Of a DNA stretch of 56,627 nt, positions 48,754-56,627 are shown one piece after another. The position numbers were made by a program, and so were the translations under genes. The notes below the pieces were generated by a model. The model had not been told where the DNA came from, made no database searches, and saw only the letters and a program-made list of their open reading frames with translations. This DNA comes from Octopus bimaculoides. Lineage: Eukaryota. The number at the start of each line of letters is the position of its first letter. The stretch's first letter is position 1. Where the stretch lies: NCBI RefSeq assembly GCF_001194135.2, contig NC_068982.1:51684825-51741451 (forward strand). Reading direction: 5' to 3'.

Positions 48754-49324
48754 CCAAGCCACTATCATCCTTATACTTATTCACTTATTTAAAATTCAAC
48801 TTTTGGAATTTGTAGCATGTAAGGTTTAATTATAAGGTTGTTTTCCTTTGAATGTACCAGTTACATCTTTACAACAAATATTTATAACAATAGAATTATA
48901 TTTTACATACAAGCTACCAGTCTGAAAAATATCTTTTTTGGACCACTCATTAACAGTAGACTTATGTAAATTATTATTGGTATTTGTAATTCTGAATGTA
49001 CAATTACTACTTGCTTATTATCATAACTTCTCCAACCCAACAAAATTATTCTCTTAATAGGTCATAAATTTAAAATGTCATAGCAAATTTCTCCTTTTTA
49101 CTGCTCATTGCTTCTTCTACCACCACCCCCTTTTCTGTTCTGGTTTTTTTTTTTTTTGATACAGTTTCTCCCTCATTTTGTTTTACTTTCTATTATTTTT
49201 GACTTTCCTCTGTTTTCTCCTTTTTTTTTTTCTTTCTATCTTTTGTTTCTTCACTTCTGTCCTCAACATTTTCAGATTTTGCACTTTCTCTCTTTCCATA
49301 TATATATATATATATATATATATA

Positions 49325-49722
49325 NNNNNNNNNNNNNNNNNNNNNNNNNNNNNNNNNNNNNNNNNNNNNNNNNNNNNNNNNNNNNNNNNNNNNNNNNNNN
49401 NNNNNNNNNNNNNNNNNNNNNNNNNNNNNNNNNNNNNNNNNNNNNNNNNNNNNNNNNNNNNNNNNNNNNNNNNNNNNNNNNNNNNNNNNNNNNNNNNNNN
49501 NNNNNNNNNNNNNNNNNNNNNNNNNNNNNNNNNNNNNNNNNNNNNNNNNNNNNNNNNNNNNNNNNNNNNNNNNNNNNNNNNNNNNNNNNNNNNNNNNNNN
49601 NNNNNNNNNNNNNNNNNNNNNNNNNNNNNNNNNNNNNNNNNNNNNNNNNNNNNNNNNNNNNNNNNNNNNNNNNNNNNNNNNNNNNNNNNNNNNNNNNNNN
49701 NNNNNNNNNNNNNNNNNNNNNN
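49325..49722. other. Assembly gap after (AT)n
   Basis: N run. Confidence 1.
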
Positions 49723-49864
49723 GTTACAATGCTGAATATTTTATTCACAGACAGGAACATCATTTGTGATCTTGCACTTCAAAGAAATACTTAGAATCTT
49801 TTATAATCTTTCACTAACATTCTGAAACTTTATATCATTCAAAATGTTTGAACAGATTTTGAAA

Positions 49865-49902
<38 letters not shown>

Positions 49903-50025
49903 ACACACACACACACACATACTGTTTTTATGTCAAATTATAATAAAAGCAATTTTATATAAAACTGAAGAATTACTGAATTCTTTTTGTAGAATATATA
50001 TTATTCTTTTACAAAAATAATGTTG

Positions 50026-50070
50026 ATAGTGACTTCAAAGTTTTAGCCTGATTAGACTTCATCAGACTAT
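50026..50070 (-). ncRNA. Type-I hammerhead ribozyme motif with all three stems; single core change G12A
   Basis: rc: atagt-CTGATGA-agtct aatc aggct-AAAA-C TTTGAA GT-C-actat; stem I is 5/5, stem II 5 bp with one G.U, stem III ACTT/AAGT, GUC triplet. Confidence 0.75.
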
Positions 50071-50071
50071 G

Positions 50072-50128
50072 GTACATTTGGAGTCATCTTGGCTTTATTA
50101 TATGAAGCCAAGATGACTTCAAATGTAC
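50072..50128. repeat. 24-bp hairpin (one G.U) with a 9-nt loop
   Basis: gtacatttggagtcatcttggctt / aagccaagatgacttcaaatgtac. Confidence 0.95.
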
Positions 50129-50321
50129 TCAGGTGAGTTTATTTATTATTTTTGTTTTTGGAGTAGGTAAAGCTCTATAGTACTGTTACATCAGAACTTA
50201 CCCTATAACCTAATTATCATCTGTCCATGACAAAATAAACTTACAAGAGACTTTATAAACTCAAAATGTACCATAGTCCAATAAAAGCTAAGCAGGCCAT
50301 AGATTCAAAGTCACTCTCAAG

Positions 50322-50485
50322 TTGGCACTCTGTCGCTTACGACGTCGAGGGTTCCAGTTGATCCGATCAACAGAACAGCCTGCTCATGAAATTAACATGC
50401 AAGTGGGTGAGCACTCCACAGACACGTGTACCCTTAACGTAGTTCTCGGGGATATTCAGCGTGATACAGTGTGACAAGGCTGCTT
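50322..50485 (-). mobile_element. SINE family C 3' body, young; homologous to 54570-54722
   Basis: gttgatccgatcaacagaacagcctgctc...gagcactccacagacacgtgtacccttaacgtagttctcgg. Confidence 0.75.
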
Positions 50486-50496
50486 GTAAAAGAACC

Positions 50497-50613
50497 ATCT
50501 ATCTATCTGTTTGTCTGTCTATCTATCTATCTATCTGTTTGTCTGTCTATCTATCTATCTATCTATCTATCTGTTTGTCTGTCTATCTGTCTATCTATAT
50601 CTGTGTGTGTGTT

Positions 50614-50659
<46 letters not shown>

Positions 50660-50670
50660 CATACATACAT
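50497..50670. repeat. Compound (ATCT)/(GTCT)/(GT)/(AT) microsatellite
   Basis: Direct. Confidence 0.95.
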
Positions 50671-50967
50671 TATTGTGTATATGTGTTGAAGAATGCCTTA
50701 TCAGTGCTTTAAATACATTCTAAATAAACTGAGTTGAAAGATTTTTTTTTATTATCTGTCAACATAAGATGCATGTCAGCAAGAATTATCTTTGCTATTT
50801 TAGGCCAAAGTTTTGAAAATATCTTTAACGTTTAGCCTGAAGAATTTTTTGTGGTTTTTATAACTCTTGTCTTGATTGTTATCATTCTATTATAAGGTTC
50901 ATTCTTAGGATAATTAGTGCAATGTTTCTATCTATGAAGATAGGGAAAGAAATATTAAGTTTCAACA

Positions 50968-51357
50968 GGTATAGGCACAATTGTGGCTCTGTGATAAGAT
51001 GTTTGCTTCTCCACTGCATGGCACCTTGGACAAGTGTTTTCTACTAAAGCCCTAGATCAACCAAAGCCTTGTGAGTGGACTTGGTGAACAGATAATGAAA
51101 GAAACCCATCGTTCATGTGTGTGTGTGTGTGTGCATGTGTGTGTGTATATGTGTTGGTCCCTCACCACTGCTTGACAACCCAATGTTGGCTTGTTTATGT
51201 CTCTGTAACTTGGTGGTTCAGCAAAAGGGACTGATAGAACAAAATATCAGGCTTAAAAAAAAATAAGTGCTGAGGTTGATTTATTTGAATAAACCCCTCA
51301 AGGCAGTGCCCCAGCATGGCTGCAGGTAAATGACTGAAACAAGTAAGAAATAAAAGA
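50968..51357 (+). mobile_element. SINE family B with the GACTGAAACAAGT tail
   Basis: tggcaccttggacaagtgttttctact...cccagcatggctgcaggtaaatgactgaaacaagtaagaaataaaaga. Confidence 0.85.
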
Positions 51358-51706
51358 TTTAAAGAATATTGATACACCCACTTTTTAAGCTCAATCCGTT
51401 AGAAATAGTAGCCAAACATTCAACTTTTTTTGCTTTTATCACTTGATCAGGAAGGATAGGAAATACCTATGACCATTAATAGGGTCTCTGAGACTAGTGA
51501 GAGTGAGGAAGGGAGAAAGTCATCCTCAAACTGAAGGGTTGGTTCAAATAATTTCAATAGAATGGACTAAAGGCACCCAGAGACCAAGTGGTGGTGTTAA
51601 AATAACAAATTAACTCTATCAACGAAATAGGCCCCAGCAAGATTTGAACTCAAAATGCAAAGACTTGGAACAAATACCACAAGGTATTCCATTTGATATT
51701 CTAATA

Positions 51707-51952
51707 CAGTGTTTATCAACCAGGGTTCATATGGCCCTTGGGGGTCCATGTAAGATTTTTTTGTTAAAATTTATGTGCAATAAATTTCTTATACTTCTAG
51801 AATACATAAAATATTTTACACAATTCTTAATACTTGATTATAAAAATACAGTAGGATGGTGTTTTTATATACAGTGAATGGCTACAGAGGTCCAGTAGAG
51901 TAAAATAGGAATCAAAAGGGTCCATTGGCAAAAAAATGGTTGAGAACCAGTG
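51707..51952. mobile_element. hAT/Charlie-like MITE
   Basis: cagtgtttatcaacc ... ggttgagaaccagtg; TSD ttctaata / ctctaatg; body matches 35076-35345. Confidence 0.85.
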
Positions 51953-51964
51953 CTCTAATGGTTC

Positions 51965-52475
51965 AATCAATCCACTGCCACTCTCCTTTCACATTCTTGT
52001 AAACCCACCAGCCCACTTACTCTGTCCAACCTGCCCAATCCTCTGTACTACTTTACTTGTATCCATTTCCCTGTAACTCCATTCCAGCACATCTTCACCA
52101 TCTTCTTTCTCTCTTCTCTTTTCCAACTGGGGTAGCCATGTACCTCTTCTACAGCAAGACACCTGTTTCTGTCCTTCTATTATACTTTAACCTCTCATCA
52201 CCTGGCACAAAGCCACCTCCCTTAATAGTACTCCCTACCTCAGTTGAGGGTTTTTTTTAGTCTTGTGAGTTACTTTGGGACCTCTCTGGAACTGGTTCCA
52301 CATGAAAAGTATGTTCTCAAAAGTGGTTGGCATTAGGAAGAGCATCTGTCCATAGAAACCATGCCAAAGCAGCTAGTAGAGCTTGGTACAGTCCTCTGGT
52401 TTGCTAGTATCTATGAAACCATCCAACCCAAGCCAGCATGGAAAACAGATGTTAAATGGTCGTGATGATGATGGT
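51965..52475 (+). mobile_element. Pyrimidine-rich repeat ending in an RTE-type tail
   Basis: aagtggttggcattaggaagagcatc...ccatccaacccaagccagcatggaaaacagatgttaaatggtcgtgatgatgatg. Confidence 0.6.
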
Positions 52476-53084
52476 GTTTTCCATGCACATACTTGAAAAA
52501 AGCAGAGGTGATGGTTCAGGCTGGAAAGCCTTTGATCATAGGTCTACCCAATCGGGGCTGATTTGTGCCTAAACAACAATAACTACTACAGATGTACTGG
52601 AATCTACTATAATTAATAATTTCTTTCAACAACTAAATACAAGTTAAACTCTTCTACTGCCCTACATATTTCAAATTTTCACAAACAAAACTTGAAGCTA
52701 CATTCTGGTTCTATATCTGGACTAATTAGTTGGAGATCATCATTTAATTCTATTAGTAACTTGATATGCCAATTAAAATATTTGTATTCATCACTGTAGA
52801 TTATTGATTACACTTTTGGTAAAAACAAAAGCCAAAAAAAAAATAAATAAATAAGCCAAATCTGAATTATATTGTTTCATTGCTATACACTTTATTGAGA
52901 TCAAGTGTAGAGTAGATCTCACTGATTCAGATTATTTCAGCAATTTAAACTTCTAATACAAATATTTCAGTCCTGCATCTTTATTTTTTTGATTTTGATT
53001 CAACTGTGTGGCACTTTAGACATGTACTGTATCTCCTGCTATACCTTTGGCTTAACCAGTGCCTTAGGGTGAAATTATATGAAA

Positions 53085-53553
53085 TCGCAGACACAGCTGT
53101 GTGGTTAGCAAGCTTGTGTTGCAACCATGTTCTTCCAGGTTCAGTCCCACTGCATAGAACCTTGGCCAAGCGTCTTCTATTATAGCTCTGAGCCTACTAA
53201 TGCTGTGTGAGGGAATTTTGTTGAGAGAAACTGTGTTGAAGTCCATTGTGTGTGTGTGTGTGTGCTTGTTCTCCCCTACCACTTGACAACCAGTGTTGGT
53301 TTATGTCCCACTAATGTAACTATTCAGCAAAAGAACCCAATAGTATAAGTATCAGACTTAAATAATTGCTGGGGGTTGATTTGTTCACTTAAGCCCTTGA
53401 AGGCAATACCCCAGTATGGCTGCAATCCAATGACTGAAATAAGTAAAAGATAAAAAAAAGTACCGAGGTTGATTCATTCGACTAGAAATCCTTCAAGATG
53501 GTGTCCCAGCATGGCTGCAGTCTAATGACTGAAACAAGTAAAAGATAAAAGAT
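53085..53553 (+). mobile_element. SINE family B with a tandemly duplicated 3' tail
   Basis: ccag(t/c)atggctgca(a/g)t...aatgactgaaa(t/c)aagtaaaagataaaa occurs twice (about 53410 and 53505). Confidence 0.8.
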
Positions 53554-54446
53554 ACTTAGGTCAGTTAAATCAACTTGAACCCCTCCTCCCCCAAAATGTA
53601 TAGGCTTGAGCCTATGTTAGGAATCATTAATATGTTTGTTCTTTATTATGATACATTCTCATAAGGAATATCTCCTCTATAAATATATTGAGGCCAGACC
53701 TATTTATAGGTTAATAGTAATTGTACAGAAGTATGATCAAAGAGGTATGATTCCAGCTGTGGCCATCCCATCTTTTTCACATATCTGGGACACTACATTG
53801 TGCAATCTATCCTTATTTATTTAAGATGACAGGGCGTGATTTCAGGGAAATTAGGATACAGTAGTTGTAGAATGAGAAACTATTTAGCGGCACCCTGAGA
53901 CAAGTGGGTGCCTGTTCTACAAATTTAAATGATTGCAATCAAATCTAATTTACTTATTACTCTTACTGCTACAACCCCTATAAACATGAAATATCCCAAA
54001 TTCTTCACAAAACTATCTCTATGTTGTTAGAAGTACAAGTCTGAGTTTAGCCAAGTTCACACAAAAGAATTATTTTTTGCATAGGAAAGTGATAATAATA
54101 AACTTCAGTGTATGTGATTTCAACATACACAAGACCATAGTATGGTCATTGAGAAAAACTTACATATAGCATATAGTACTATATAATCTTTGAAGATAGG
54201 CTATGTAGCCATTGTGTCTGGAAATTTTTAATTTCTAAATTCTTTGGCTATTTTAGTGAGTACAAGATTAACACTTTTCTTTCATGTGCAATATCTAAAA
54301 CCAAAATTTAAATCTAAACTAAAAATAATGAATTAAGGGAAATAACTCAAATGGAACAATGGGAGGAATTTAAAGGATTAAGTTAAAGTGTGTTGTACTG
54401 AATGTCATAGACAAATAATTCTTAATTGAACTTGCCTTTTAAGTTG

Positions 54447-54722
54447 AAGATGCATGGCTTAATGACCAGGGTATTCGGCTCACGATTGTAAGGTTGTGAG
54501 TTCGATCATCAGTGGTGCATTGCTCCAGTCCATTCAGCTGGCAAAAATGAGTTGTACTTGTTGCTCAACAGGACAATCTTGTCACTTTTGATATGTCATG
54601 ATGAATCTCTCTGAGAACTACGCAAAGGGTGTGTGTGCCTGTGGAGTGCTCAGCTTCTTGCACATTAATTTAACAAACAGACTGTTCCGTTGATCAGATT
54701 AGTTACAACTTTCATTGTCAGG
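54447..54722 (+). mobile_element. SINE family C, near full length
   Basis: gatgcatggcttaat...gtgagttcgatc...ttgctccagtccattcagctggcaaaaatgag...gagaactacg...gtggagtgctcagc...ctgttccgttgatc. Confidence 0.75.
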
Positions 54723-54959
54723 CCTTTTAGTTAGAGGAAAAAAAAAATCTTGATATTGTTTGACACATTCAAAGAAAAAGGGAGATAATTTAATCAAATT
54801 AAAAATTAATCTCTTAATTTTTATTTGCTTAATTAGCCCTTCTCTCCATAGCCAGAAGATATTTAATTATTGATACTGTACAAAGCCCAAGTAAGGCCCA
54901 TAGTGAGATAATTCTCTCACATCTACATCAGTGCTGCTGCATGAACATACATCCTAGAC

Positions 54960-55191
54960 TAGGAATTCTCAGTTGGGGTTTATATAAGATTTTCTTGTTA
55001 TGTGCAATAAATTGCTTATACTTCTACAATACACAAAATATTTTTATTCTTTTTACTTATTTCTTAATAATACTTAATTATAAAAATACAGTAAGATATT
55101 TTTTTATACACATCAAATAGCTATGGAGATCCAGTAGAGTAAAATAAGAATTAAGAGGGGTCCATAATTAAAAAATGGTCGAGAACCACTA
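54960..55191. mobile_element. hAT/Charlie-like MITE, decayed left end
   Basis: Body matches 35076-35345; right TIR ggtcgagaaccact; flanks tcctagac / tcttagat. Confidence 0.75.
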
Positions 55192-55194
55192 TCT

Positions 55195-55720
55195 TAGATC
55201 ATATCTAAAAAGAGTCGCCCTATTGACTGGCATACTTACAGGCACACTTCAGCCTCTGGCATGCTGTCTCTCCTCTCTCTCTTTCTACTGTTACTATGAT
55301 GGCCTCTACTTCTCAGAAGTGGCTGAGCTCATATCATTTCAACTAAGACATTTACACCCCACTCATATCCCTTTATCATCATCATCCTTGGGTCTGTCCC
55401 TACCTAGTCCAAGTCCTACACCAGACATGGGCAACCTTTTACAAAAAGTGAGCCACCTGAGCCATGCATACCATGTGAAAAGAAAGGGGAACATCATTTA
55501 AAAAAAAATTCAAGCTAATTTTTCATTAGGTGTGCCATTCAAGAAGTCCTGCAGGTCACATTTTGCCCATGACTGCCCCACACTAAACATTACACCAAGA
55601 CCTTCCTTCTCAGAATATAGGTCTCTGGAATTCTATCGCTGTTCATGTCTTTTCTCCAAGTGTTGACTTGCAAAGAATTAAGGAAAACATCAACCGTATC
55701 AGTCTCACCAGTCTAGGTTG
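55195..55720 (+). mobile_element. CR1/Jockey-type LINE RT C-terminal remnant, interrupted by a MITE
   Basis: LQPLACCLSSLSFYCYYDGLYFSEVAELI... then HTKHYTKTFL / LWNSIAVHVFSPSVDLQRIKENINRISL, resembling the LQPLxHRRxVxSL.FYRYY...RTxxLWNxLP..VFP...DLQxFK terminus. Confidence 0.7.
55422..55575. mobile_element. hAT-like MITE inserted in the LINE remnant
   Basis: cagacatgggcaacc ... tttgcccatgactg; TSD tcctacac / ccccacac; same family as 27726-27870. Confidence 0.8.
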
Positions 55721-56579
55721 GCCAGCAAAAGCCATGGGCACTTCTCCTTTCTCTAGACTCAGCAAGTAAAAGAGTAAAGAAAAAAATTAGAAGTCGGATC
55801 ATTATTTGCAAGCAAGTAAGAGACAACAATAGACATGTTTCAGTCTATTAGACCTCACCAGCATAGTGTCTAAGCTTGTCAATGAGTTGGCAAGAAATTT
55901 TTTTTTTTTCATATAAAACTGAGTTGTTTATGCATTATTTCATGTAGTAGCACAATAACAGGCTCAACACTACTTGCTCTGAGGTCTTATCTTGCTGCTG
56001 CTGTTATTGTATAAAAGAACATAATAGTACCAGTATTATTTTTGGTAGGTAACAAAATATTACCATTTTTAGGGCTTGCAAATAAATATAATAGAATCAT
56101 TATAAGGATTATTATTTCAAGAATTATTGCAATATGGCACCTTATGGTATAAAGTTTTGTAATTTTCTTCTTTCCTTTAACAGTACAGATGTTACACAAA
56201 GTCTTTTAAGAATAATCATATTATCATGGTATGCAGAGAACTTAGTTAATATGCAACTTATTGGAGCCATTAACAAATTGCATTGTTACTGGAGTCTTTT
56301 CAAAATGGCAGTTGCTGTTGGATACTTCATAGACAAGATACTATACATAGAACTGAAGTTATACTAACAAGTGTGAGCTCTGAGACCATTTTCTATGTGT
56401 ATGTGTGTGGTTAGTAATGCTAACAGAGAAATAGAACTCAAAACATGAACTTATATTTTTTTATTAGTAACCAGCAGAAATTAGAGGGACTCAAGGGCTG
56501 AGAGTTACATGCATTGGTAACTGCCAATGCACGAAACTCTTGGCTCTTGATTCATTGTGTAACTTCTACCAATTATTAA

Positions 56580-56585
<6 letters not shown>

Positions 56586-56627
<42 letters not shown>
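56586..56627. repeat. (AT)n microsatellite at the window end
   Basis: Direct. Confidence 0.95.

Overview
AT-rich, microsatellite-dense animal genomic DNA with six N-gaps. The repeat content (tRNA-headed SINEs with RTE-type (GAT)n tails, RTE and CR1/Jockey LINE ends, Penelope-like remnants) looks like octopus/cephalopod DNA; this is an inference from family recognition, not a search. I cannot support any host protein-coding gene. Almost all ORFs in the track are microsatellite or SINE read-through, and the window is most simply a large intron or intergenic region. Recognisable content: (1) dozens of SINE copies from about three families; (2) fossil coding remnants of a mariner transposase, a Penelope GIY-YIG endonuclease, RTE, CR1/Jockey and possibly CRE-clade retrotransposons; (3) at least ten MITEs with hAT/Charlie-like, piggyBac-like, pogo-like and other termini; (4) a decayed 5S rRNA copy. 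The most interesting signal is three different minimal type-I hammerhead ribozyme motifs, each with one catalytic-core substitution. One lies in a Penelope 3' end directly downstream of an embedded tRNA-like Pol III promoter cassette (a candidate SINE/retrozyme born inside a Penelope pLTR). Another sits in an inverted arrangement beside a 24-bp hairpin. SINE coordinates are approximate (about +/-15 nt).
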